Positions 54,374 through 62,048 of a stretch of DNA of 62,048 nucleotides are shown here, piece by piece. The first letter of the stretch is position 1, and each line of letters opens with the position of its first letter. The DNA is from a virus. Taxonomy: Duplodnaviria > Caudoviricetes. Both the position numbers and the translations under genes were made by a program. The stretch is from positions 1 to 62,048 of IMG/VR virus record IMGVR_UViG_3300027856_000009; one strand, written 5' to 3'. The notes below the pieces were generated by a model. The model ran no database searches. It saw nothing but the letters and a program-made list of their open reading frames with translations, and was not told the DNA's origin.

Positions 54374-55090
54374 CTACCTCATCCCTGCGAAGAGGTGACG
54401 AGAGAACATCCCGCCTGTGTATCCGAGGCCGCTCGTGGCCGTGGTGTTCTCGGCGACCGCCGCGTGCGTCAGGAGATGGCGGGGGGGACGTCCTCGCGGA
54501 CCCGCCTCGGGGGTCGGTGCCGACGCGATGACCTGCGGCAGTATCAGCGCGGGATGATCCAGGACGACTCGCTCCATCTCGCCCGGCCTCATCGGCATGG
54601 GCGCGGTGCCAGGAAGCGGCGCTGGAGCAGACGGAGGCCACGGCGCAACACCGGGATCGCCGACCACCTGACAGGCCGGGTCCGCCCGACACGCGGCATC
54701 GTCAGCAGCGCGCTGGGCTGCCATCTCCGCCTGAGCTGCGGGGCTCGCAGTGGCGGTCATCGCCAGAGCCATGAACTCCCCCATCATCGGGGCGAGCACC
54801 GGCATGCACTCCGGCGGCGGCTCGGAGCCAATCAAGTCAACGAAACAGCGCTTTCGGTCTCCGGCGCCCGAACAGTGGCGCATGTACATGGCCCGAAGCG
54901 TCGCGATGTCCATTCCCGGAGGGATATCGGCTGCGTCCTTCGGCAGGGCGTCCCACTGGGCGGCGCACTGGGCGTCCTCGACGGGAACGCCGTTGCCGTT
55001 GGCGCCGTTCTCACTGCTCTTCTTCCAGAGCCACCAGGCCCCGACGCCCGCGGCGCCGACAAGCAGCCAGTTCATTGGGGTCATCTTCAT
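54374..55090 (-). CDS. Membrane-anchored protein with C-terminal RHLFAGM tag
   Basis: N-terminal TM, Cys pairs, ends GLGYTGGMFSRHLFAGMR. Confidence 0.8.
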   Translation of the reverse strand: MKMTPMNWLLVGAAGVGAWWLWKKSSENGANGNGVPVEDAQCAAQWDALPKDAADIPPGMDIATLRAMYMRHCSGAGDRKRCFVDLIGSEPPPECMPVLAPMMGEFMALAMTATASPAAQAEMAAQRAADDAACRADPACQVVGDPGVAPWPPSAPAPLPGTAPMPMRPGEMERVVLDHPALILPQVIASAPTPEAGPRGRPPRHLLTHAAVAENTTATSGLGYTGGMFSRHLFAGMR

Positions 55091-55363
55091 GTCATCCCCG
55101 CGAAGAGGTGTCGGGCGTAGATACCGCCCGCGTAGCCCATGCCATCAGGCGTGGACCGCACGACATCGACCATCTCGCCCGGCGCCATGTCGGGCGGCAC
55201 GGGCACGGGCGGCACGGGCACGGGCACGGGCGGCACGGGCACGATCGCCGCGCCGTTACCGTTGCCGTTGCCGTTGCCGTTCTGGCTCTGCTTGTAGAGC
55301 CACCAGGCCCCGACGCCCGCAGCGCCGACAAGCAACCAGTTCATTGGGGACATCTTCATGTCA
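55027..55363. repeat. 68-bp near-identical direct repeat encoding duplicated N-terminal TM anchors
   Basis: 55027-55094 vs 55296-55363, 3 mismatches. Confidence 0.85.
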
Positions 55364-55368
55364 GCCAC
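55087..55368 (-). CDS. Small membrane protein with (NG)n, (PV)n and RHLFAGM tag
   Basis: Ends GMGYAGGIYARHLFAGMT. Confidence 0.8.
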   Translation of the reverse strand: MADMKMSPMNWLLVGAAGVGAWWLYKQSQNGNGNGNGNGAAIVPVPPVPVPVPPVPVPPDMAPGEMVDVVRSTPDGMGYAGGIYARHLFAGMT

Positions 55369-56203
55369 CCATCATCCCGGAGAAGAGATGCCGGGCGTAG
55401 ATGCCGCCCGCGTGACCACGATCACCGCGCGAGCCGGCGAAGCGCTCCGTCACCCGCCGGACCTGCGGGAAGTTGGTGGCCGGGAGAGCCCAGCCGGTGG
55501 GGATGACGGTGGAGACGGGCTCGACCCGGTCCATCGTCGCCTCGACCGCGGCCTGATCGGCGGGGTCGCCGAGCGAGCCGAGCATCGACTGCGAGTAGTA
55601 CGCGGAGAGCCCGTCGCCGGACTCCTCGGCCGACTCCGCGGCGGGGGCGACGACGTCGACCATCTCACCCGGCGCCATGTCCAGGGGAGCGGTGCCGGGG
55701 AGCGGTGCCACACCGTTCCCGTTCCCGTTCCCGTTGGTCAGCGCTGCCGCCGCGCGACCTCCGCCGAGCATCGGGGTGTCGCGAAGGTAGGCCTCGGCCG
55801 CCGCGAGTCCCATCCCGAGCACGATGGCCCCGGAGTTCTTCGCGAGCATGCCGCCCTTCATCGAGCGGGCGCCCGCGAAGACGGCCGGGATGCCGACCGC
55901 CGCGGCGATCAGCTTCCCGGTCTTGGGGTCGGTGGTCCCCCAGTCCTCCATCGCCACCATGTTGCCCAGGTAGCGCGCGGCCATGAAACCGGCCGTCGCA
56001 CCGAGTACCGGCACGACAACCGTCTTCACGAGGTCGGCACCGAAGACGTTGCGACGCAACCTCCGGCGACGACTGCTACGCCGCTTGCTGCTGCGCCGAC
56101 GCCGACGCCGATTGGCGACCACGTACCTGGGGTTGCGCGTGGACCGCCTCCGCCGGCTGCTCCGGCGGCGGCTGGTCCTACGACTGCGACGACGACGTGC
56201 CAT
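55361..56203 (-). CDS. Arg-rich (protamine-like) N-terminus plus membrane domain plus RHLFSGM tag
   Basis: MARRRRSRRTSRR...RNPRYVVANRRR...RRNVFGADL; ends GHAGGIYARHLFSGMMGG. Confidence 0.85.
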   Translation of the reverse strand: MARRRRSRRTSRRRSSRRRRSTRNPRYVVANRRRRRRSSKRRSSRRRRLRRNVFGADLVKTVVVPVLGATAGFMAARYLGNMVAMEDWGTTDPKTGKLIAAAVGIPAVFAGARSMKGGMLAKNSGAIVLGMGLAAAEAYLRDTPMLGGGRAAAALTNGNGNGNGVAPLPGTAPLDMAPGEMVDVVAPAAESAEESGDGLSAYYSQSMLGSLGDPADQAAVEATMDRVEPVSTVIPTGWALPATNFPQVRRVTERFAGSRGDRGHAGGIYARHLFSGMMGG

Positions 56204-56237
56204 GGGTTCTCCTCAGAAGGTTCTCAGCGCGGAGCGC

Positions 56238-59003
56238 CTAGAACATCCCCGCGAAGAGGTGCCGAGCGTAGAGGCCACCGGCGTAGCCCTTGCCCTCGGG
56301 GGTCACCAGGCTGGTCGGGACCGGACGCGCGTAGGGCATCGTGCGGTTGACCGGCAGCGCCAGGTCGGTGGGGGTGTGGATGGACGCGAAGGGAGGCTGC
56401 TCCCGGGCGTACATCTTCTTGAGGCGCTGGTCCTCTTCCGCGCCGAGACCGGCAGCGGCGTAGAGGGTTCCCATGCCCGCGGCGGCTTCCATGACCTGAC
56501 CGGTGCCGGCGGCGGCCTCCATCACGTCCATGAGGCCGTCGACGCCCGCCATGTTGGCGGGATCGACACCCTCGGCGTACCCCGCGGTGGCGTACTCGGT
56601 ACCGAGGCCCGCGGCGGCGTAGAGCGTGTTGCCCAGGCCGCTGAGGGGCTGGTCGACATACTCACCGAAGCCGGGGGTCTCGACGTACGCGCCGAGGCCG
56701 TTGAGAGGCGAACTGACGTACTCGCCCAGGCCGTTGAGAGGCGAACTGACGTACTCGCCCATGCCGTTGAGCGGCGAGCTGACGTACTCGCCGAACCCAC
56801 CGCTGAGGTAGGCCGCGGCGTCACCGGTCACGCGGCCGAGCAGCCGGTCGGTGAGCGCGAGGCCCATGCCGGTGATCAGCGCACCCTGGTTGTCCTTGAT
56901 CACCTTCACCTTGGTCGAGAGACCGAGAGTGGCGATGATGCCGAGCACGTTCGCGGCGATCTTCGTGTTCTCCGCGTCGGCGGCCGGCTTGTCCTTGTCG
57001 AGGATGCCCCGGATCGCCTCGATGTTCGCGAGACCGTTCGAGAGGAAGCGGGCCGCGACGAAGCCTGCGGTGCCACCGATGACCGGCGTCACCACGTCCT
57101 TCATCAGGTCGGCGCCGAAGAACTGGTTGCGACGCAACCTCCTCCGCCTGCCACGACGCCGGTTCGCGACCACGTACCTGGGGTTGCGCCGCGTCCTACG
57201 GCGCCTGCTGTTCCTGCGCATGCTCGTCCTCCGGTTCTTCGACACGCGACGCCGCGGGTGCCTCTTGCGCTCCGCGTAGCCAGAAGTCTTGGCCCTGCGG
57301 TGCGAATCCTTGGCCGCCCCACCGAAGCGATACTTGCGCACGTACGCGCGCTCGCTGACGCTGGCGGGAATGAGCACGGGGTAGCCCGTGAGCCTCTTGC
57401 GACGCCCCTTCTTGTCGGGGCGCCCCTTGCTCTTGGGGCCGTACTCCACGACCTGATAGAGACGTCCGCGCGCCCGGCCCATCCGGTACTTCCCGCGTCC
57501 GCCGTACTTCACCTTCGAGGCAGCCAGCATGTTGCGACTCAGCCTCCTCCTGCTCCGCCTGCGGCGGCTGCCGCGACGGCTCGTGCGACGCGACCTGCGC
57601 CGACGGTTCCTGTAGAGCCCAGGCCTGCTCCTGCGACGCCTGCTGCTCCGACGCCTGCTGCTCCGACGCCGACGCCGGTTGGCCGTCATGCGACGAGCGC
57701 GAGTCCCGCGGTGGCTTGCACCGATCGCGCGCGAGCGGCGACCGCCCTTGCGCGAGGTCCGGCGCTTCGAGAGCCGTCCGCGCCCCTTGGCGATCGGGTA
57801 GCTGAGGATGGAGGGACGTCCCGAGCGATGCTTCGAGGAGCGCCGCACGCGAGCGACGGCCGGCATGTACCCCTTGCTCAGATACTTGTCGACGTATTCG
57901 CGACCCGTGCGCCTGACGCGCCGCCGACCCATGTAGTAGCCGCTCGACGCCCGGCGCCTGCTGCCACGACGCGAGCTGCGCCTCCGACGCGCCTTGCCGC
58001 GCGACGTACGCCTCTTGGGTGCCGTTCCGGCCCGACGCGAGCGGGCCGCCTTGCTCGTCCGCTTCTTGTACGCCGCGACACCGCGGCGAGCCTCCGAGCG
58101 AGTCACGCGGAGCTTGGTCCCCTTGACCCGACGCGTCGAGCGCCTCTTCCGCCACCCCTTCAGAGCTGCGGCGCGCCGCGAAGCCTTCGTCGACCGACGC
58201 TTGCTCCCGCGCCTGCTGGTGCGCGCCTTGCCCTTGCCCGACGCCCGACGACGCTTCGCCCAGCCCTTCTTCGCGGCCGCGCTACGCGACGCCTTCGTCA
58301 TGCGACGCTTGCCTCCGCGTTTGCTGGTGCGCTTGGAGGACCTCCTCTTCTTCTTGCCGAAGGTGCGCTCCCAGCCACCGCGATAGGCCGCGCTGTTGCG
58401 CCTCACGCGACGACGCCCACGGCGGCTCGTCCGGCGACGGCCGCTGCGCCTCCGCCTGCTGGTCCGCTTGCTCGTCCGCCTCCGCCTGTTGGCCGTGGGC
58501 CTCCGACGACGCGTGCCGCTGCGCTTGGTGTTGCGCTTCGGCTTACGCCGACGGCCAGGGGACGAGACCTTGACGCCCCGAGACCCCGCCCGCTCCGAAA
58601 CGGCGCTTCCGCTCCGTCCGCGAGGGTTGGACCGCATGGCGCGACGCAGGGCTCCGATGTTGTAGGCCATTCCGCTCCTCCTGTTACTCAGCAGCTTCTT
58701 GCTGACGGGACGTGTAAGGATCGTGCCCTTGTCGTCCACGGGATAGAGACGAGCGTCCGACTTCGGATGTCGCTTCTTCCAGCCCAGCGCCTGCTTCAAC
58801 GATTTGTACTTTGGACTCGCGTGCCGATGCCGCTGTCCGCGCCCCTCGACCCACTGAAGAGGGTTCTCGGACACCCGGCGCCGACGGCGCCCGCTCGGGT
58901 TCACCACCGTGAGGTGCGAGACCCCCGGATTGGGCTCCATGCCTGGAGAGCGCTCGTAGGCTCGCGCCTTCGTCGTGTCGCTCGATTTGTAGACCAGTGC
59001 CAT
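56238..59003 (-). CDS. 921-aa Arg-rich core-like polyprotein
   Basis: About 500 aa of Arg/Ser/Lys-rich blocks separated by Asn; membrane domain paralogous to 55361..56203; G[LMF]G repeats; ends GYAGGLYARHLFAGMF. Confidence 0.85.
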   Translation of the reverse strand: MALVYKSSDTTKARAYERSPGMEPNPGVSHLTVVNPSGRRRRRVSENPLQWVEGRGQRHRHASPKYKSLKQALGWKKRHPKSDARLYPVDDKGTILTRPVSKKLLSNRRSGMAYNIGALRRAMRSNPRGRSGSAVSERAGSRGVKVSSPGRRRKPKRNTKRSGTRRRRPTANRRRRTSKRTSRRRRSGRRRTSRRGRRRVRRNSAAYRGGWERTFGKKKRRSSKRTSKRGGKRRMTKASRSAAAKKGWAKRRRASGKGKARTSRRGSKRRSTKASRRAAALKGWRKRRSTRRVKGTKLRVTRSEARRGVAAYKKRTSKAARSRRAGTAPKRRTSRGKARRRRSSRRGSRRRASSGYYMGRRRVRRTGREYVDKYLSKGYMPAVARVRRSSKHRSGRPSILSYPIAKGRGRLSKRRTSRKGGRRSRAIGASHRGTRARRMTANRRRRRSSRRRSSRRRRSRPGLYRNRRRRSRRTSRRGSRRRRSRRRLSRNMLAASKVKYGGRGKYRMGRARGRLYQVVEYGPKSKGRPDKKGRRKRLTGYPVLIPASVSERAYVRKYRFGGAAKDSHRRAKTSGYAERKRHPRRRVSKNRRTSMRRNSRRRRTRRNPRYVVANRRRGRRRRLRRNQFFGADLMKDVVTPVIGGTAGFVAARFLSNGLANIEAIRGILDKDKPAADAENTKIAANVLGIIATLGLSTKVKVIKDNQGALITGMGLALTDRLLGRVTGDAAAYLSGGFGEYVSSPLNGMGEYVSSPLNGLGEYVSSPLNGLGAYVETPGFGEYVDQPLSGLGNTLYAAAGLGTEYATAGYAEGVDPANMAGVDGLMDVMEAAAGTGQVMEAAAGMGTLYAAAGLGAEEDQRLKKMYAREQPPFASIHTPTDLALPVNRTMPYARPVPTSLVTPEGKGYAGGLYARHLFAGMF
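56696..56792 (-). repeat. 33-bp tandem repeat (EYVSSPLNG[LM]G x3)
   Basis: Two near-exact copies plus one variant. Confidence 0.85.
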
Positions 59004-59188
59004 GCACGCAACTCACCTGTTCGACCCGCCCGTAGCGATGGGGGAAACAGGGTTGCGGCGCCCTGGGTCTTCGAGAGGGAGATTAGGCAGAGACCCGTGG
59101 TCACGTCAAGCCGGAAATGGATTCCGCGAGCGACCCTAAAAGAAGGAAGGTTCTATTGGTCGGTCGCGGAATGCGATTCTGGCCGGTC

Positions 59189-59677
59189 TCAGGTCTTCGG
59201 CTCAACACCGCCGCCCACTGCCGCCGGCATGAGCGAATCGGCACTTCGAGGGCGCGTAGCGGAACGCGGAAGCGAGCGCTCGATGGACGCCATCCGCCTG
59301 TTCATCTGCTCGATGGCTTCGCGCATCTTCTGGGTCTCGTCGCGGTCCGACCACCACTTCGGGCGGAGATTTTCGTCGAGCGCTTTCGGTCCCAGGTGGA
59401 TCGCGTGAAGCTCGTCGGTCTGGTCGGCAATCCTGATCACACGCTCGCTCAGGGTGGCCAGGACAGTCGACACGCTGCCGAGCGCAGTCGTGATGTTGGC
59501 GAGCGAGGTGGCTACCTCGCCCATCACCGCCTCGGCCGTCTTCGGCGCGCCGTCGCGCTTGTCGGCCTGCGTCTTCTGCCACTGAATGATCTTCCCGACG
59601 AACTGGAAGGTCAGGAAGAGCACGGCCAGGACGAACATGCCCCACGCTGGAATCTCGGCCCCGTCGATACCACTCAT
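59189..59677 (-). CDS. Single-TM coiled-coil membrane protein
   Basis: MSGIDG..., TM, heptads; ATGA overlap. Confidence 0.65.
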   Translation of the reverse strand: MSGIDGAEIPAWGMFVLAVLFLTFQFVGKIIQWQKTQADKRDGAPKTAEAVMGEVATSLANITTALGSVSTVLATLSERVIRIADQTDELHAIHLGPKALDENLRPKWWSDRDETQKMREAIEQMNRRMASIERSLPRSATRPRSADSLMPAAVGGGVEPKT

Positions 59678-60444
59678 CCGTCGATCCCGTCCTTCAGCAC
59701 GCGCAGCTTGCCGCCGGCCATCGCGCCGAGGAATCCCGACGAACCGTCCGGCTGCTTCTGCGGCGAATACAGCAGAAGAAGATTCCCCGACGGAGAGCTG
59801 AAAAGATAGCAACCCCGAGGGTTTACCTCGTACGTCTCACCGTCATCATCGCGGCGGATGAAGACGCCCAGGCAGTAGCCCAGGAGCGCGATCGCCTTCG
59901 GACGCGCGACCGGCAGGCGCTGGCCACGGGCCGAGCTGCGGCGCTGACGACCGACGCGGCTCCGCGGCGCCTCCGCCGCCGGCTCGTAGAAACGCACCCC
60001 TTTCGCGACGGGGTAGGGCTTGTCATCGCCGGCATCGTGGAGGTGCTTGTAGTCCTCGTCGGTGCCATCGGACTTCCACTTGTCGGTCCGGTACATGACC
60101 CCCAAGGCGTCCCCCACCCGCACCCACTCGGTCGGGACATCGTGGTCCAGCTCGGCCACGCGGATGGGGGTCTTGTCGTGGAAGATCTCGTAGCGATCCA
60201 TGGCCGCGTCGAGCGCGTTGCCGCGGACCGCATCGGGGTCGATGTCGTCGCCGAAGCGCGTGTCCATCGAGGCACCACGGAGGCGGCTCGCGCGGTTTGG
60301 CGTCATGCCGTCGGCAGCTGTCGAATCGACCAGGCGTTCGGCCAAGGTCATCGGCCGCCGCCAATGTCGGGGGGCTGAGCGCGACGGAGGCGCGCTGTTG
60401 GGCTCCAGAAGGGGACGGGATGTACGGCGGCGACGGATCTTCAC
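59674..60444 (-). CDS. Hypothetical structural-module protein with RRRRTSR N-terminus
   Basis: GTGA overlap; EPNS and TPNR motifs. Confidence 0.65.
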   Translation of the reverse strand: MKIRRRRTSRPLLEPNSAPPSRSAPRHWRRPMTLAERLVDSTAADGMTPNRASRLRGASMDTRFGDDIDPDAVRGNALDAAMDRYEIFHDKTPIRVAELDHDVPTEWVRVGDALGVMYRTDKWKSDGTDEDYKHLHDAGDDKPYPVAKGVRFYEPAAEAPRSRVGRQRRSSARGQRLPVARPKAIALLGYCLGVFIRRDDDGETYEVNPRGCYLFSSPSGNLLLLYSPQKQPDGSSGFLGAMAGGKLRVLKDGIDG

Positions 60445-60782
60445 TTCTTGTCCTTCCACCAGAACCAGCCAGTAGCCACGGCGACGCCGACAGCGAACAT
60501 GAGCCACCCGTTGCCCGTGACGCCGGTGGAGCGGCCCGCGTCGTCACCGTTGTCGCCGAGAGCGCCCGACCGGCGCCTCACCTCGCCGCGCGCGAGGTGG
60601 TCGTAGCCTATGAGGCGCGCGTTGGAGGGGAGCGCCTTCACGCCGGTGCTCGGGGCCGCACCGATAGCGGAATCGCCGGAGGAGCTGTGCGGCAGGGGGT
60701 CGTCGCCGACGCTGACGGGAGTGGGCGTTCGATAGACGCCCCACGCGTTGCGATCCCAGTCCCAGACAGAGTAGAGGGCCAT
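60441..60782 (-). CDS. Small membrane protein (GALG, C-terminal TM)
   Basis: MALYSVWDW...; GAGGA RBS. Confidence 0.75.
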   Translation of the reverse strand: MALYSVWDWDRNAWGVYRTPTPVSVGDDPLPHSSSGDSAIGAAPSTGVKALPSNARLIGYDHLARGEVRRRSGALGDNGDDAGRSTGVTGNGWLMFAVGVAVATGWFWWKDKK

Positions 60783-60817
60783 CTTAGATTCCTCAGTTCA
60801 GACGCCCACGCTCAAGG

Positions 60818-61189
60818 CTACCACGCAGACAGCAGGGGGAGCATTCCTGGATGCAGCGGATCGGGCAAGTCGCCGGCCGCAAACCACCCGGCGCGATCGT
60901 TCTCCCAGTTGAGACGCGGGCGGAACTCGCGAGGCACACTCCCGACGAAGTGGTGGAAAACACGCTTCTTCTCGTGCTGGGTGCCAGCCGGCTCCAGGCG
61001 CATCGGACCGCCGTACCGCGTCTCCTCGCGAAACTCACGCACCGCGGCCTGGAGCGGGTTCTCGCCCCGGTCCAGTCGACCCGCCGGGCAGGCCCACAGG
61101 CCCGACTTCGGCACCTCACGACTGCGCCTGAGCAAGAGGATGCGGCCCGTCGTGTTCGCGACGACGGTGATGCCTGCTGCCGACCGCAT
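60818..61189 (-). CDS. NUDIX hydrolase
   Basis: Nudix box GRLDRGENPLQAAVREFREET. Confidence 0.9.
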   Translation of the reverse strand: MRSAAGITVVANTTGRILLLRRSREVPKSGLWACPAGRLDRGENPLQAAVREFREETRYGGPMRLEPAGTQHEKKRVFHHFVGSVPREFRPRLNWENDRAGWFAAGDLPDPLHPGMLPLLSAW

Positions 61190-61191
61190 GC

Positions 61192-62048
61192 CTACCGCCG
61201 GTTCGCGGCGAGCCTGCGCGACGTCCTACGCTTCGTGCCACGGCGCGTCCCGCGCCGCTTGCGCTTGGCCTTCTCGACCTTCGGCCAGGAGGGGCCGCCG
61301 CAGCTGCGCCAGAAGTTCGCTCCGTAGAGCCGGATGATGGCGCTGCGGATCGCAAGGTAGTCGGCGCGGCGCTTCACGCGGCCCATGCGTAGGTAGCGGA
61401 TGGCCTGGAGCGCCTGCCACTTGTCGCGCTCGCGCGATGACCCCGGCGGTCCCTTGACGGGGAAGCGCTTGCCAGGCAGCGCGAAGCTCGACGGGGGCAT
61501 CCGCTTGCGGGACGCGGCGCTGAGCGCCTTGTAGCGACGACCCGGGTTCGCAGCTGCGTAGGCCTGGACACCGCCGACGATTTTCGGGTTGCGGGACAGA
61601 CGGCGACGAACGGCCGAACGCTCGGTCCACTTCATCTGCTTCGTCCGCAGGCTGTACTGCCTGGCGAGGCTCTTGGCGGTGCGCTTCGCCTCGGCCTGGG
61701 AGTAGAAGAGCTGGCTCCCATTGGGCGACTCGACGTACCAGTTGCGCGGCATCGAGATCGTCAGGTGATCGCGTGGGCCGTAGTAGATCCTCTTGTTCCA
61801 GTTGGACGGCTTGTTCCGCTCCCGGTCCCAGTCGCGAGGCGTGTTCACGTACCGCACGTCGGCGGCGGTGGTGCGACGGCGGGCGTTGCGACTGACCCTG
61901 CGGCGCGACGTCCGACGCGACCGGCGACGACGCGTGCTGCGACGACGCTTCCTGCGGTTCGCACGCACGGGCGCCGGGGCACCCTTCGCGGTGAACCAGA
62001 AGATGCCCGCCGCGACCGCGACGACAGATCCCCAGCCGACGACCATCG
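61192..62048 (-). CDS. Arg-rich membrane-anchored protein, 5' end outside window
   Basis: TM, ANRRKRRR...RRTSRR, SRNP, LSAASRKRMPPSSFALPGKRFPV phage motif; ends AANRR. Confidence 0.75.
   Translation of the reverse strand, partial: MVVGWGSVVAVAAGIFWFTAKGAPAPVRANRRKRRRSTRRRRSRRTSRRRVSRNARRRTTAADVRYVNTPRDWDRERNKPSNWNKRIYYGPRDHLTISMPRNWYVESPNGSQLFYSQAEAKRTAKSLARQYSLRTKQMKWTERSAVRRRLSRNPKIVGGVQAYAAANPGRRYKALSAASRKRMPPSSFALPGKRFPVKGPPGSSRERDKWQALQAIRYLRMGRVKRRADYLAIRSAIIRLYGANFWRSCGGPSWPKVEKAKRKRRGTRRGTKRRTSRRLAANRR

Noticed and set aside
55027-55363. Diversity-generating retroelement TR/VR pair
   Set aside because: Only 3 mismatches, both copies encode N-terminal TM anchors, and there is no reverse transcriptase in the window
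56696-56792. CRISPR-like 33-bp repeat
   Set aside because: In-frame coding tandem repeat without spacers
55983-59408. 1141-aa plus-strand ORF
   Set aside because: Antisense shadow of the Arg-rich minus-strand genes; no motifs, and high GC suppresses stop codons

Overview
High-GC, gene-dense segment of a probable temperate virus or provirus; I see no host housekeeping genes, rRNA, tRNA or CRISPR array. It starts with a tyrosine integrase (cut by the window edge). It then carries a lysis-like membrane cassette, a glycosylation/methylation/sulfation operon, a Ser/Thr-type kinase, an intein-containing UvrD helicase, Gp157, an XRE regulator, an SNF2 helicase, a run of polyvalent-protein-type enzymes and an endolysin. 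It ends in a minus-strand structural module with three beta-rich capsid candidates and giant Arg-rich core-like proteins. No terminase, portal, HK97 capsid or tail genes were recognised, and about 20 small membrane proteins are present, which suggests a tailless, membrane-containing virus (inference). The most striking signal is a set of short peptide tags shared by many otherwise unrelated proteins: N-terminal MSY-x(n)-[LMFI]G leaders, G-phi-G motifs resembling adenovirus protease sites, Asn-bounded poly-Arg/RRTSRR tails and NP/PN motifs, and a C-terminal G[YH][AT]GG[ILM][YF][AS]RHLF[AS]GM tag. Together these suggest an adenovirus-like virion sorting, maturation and DNA-condensation system. 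At DNA/RNA level there are 15 copies of a TGTCnGACA operator, many leaderless promoters, three highly structured intergenic elements around the capsid genes, and short AT-rich synonymous patches. All family calls come from motif recognition by eye; no searches were run.
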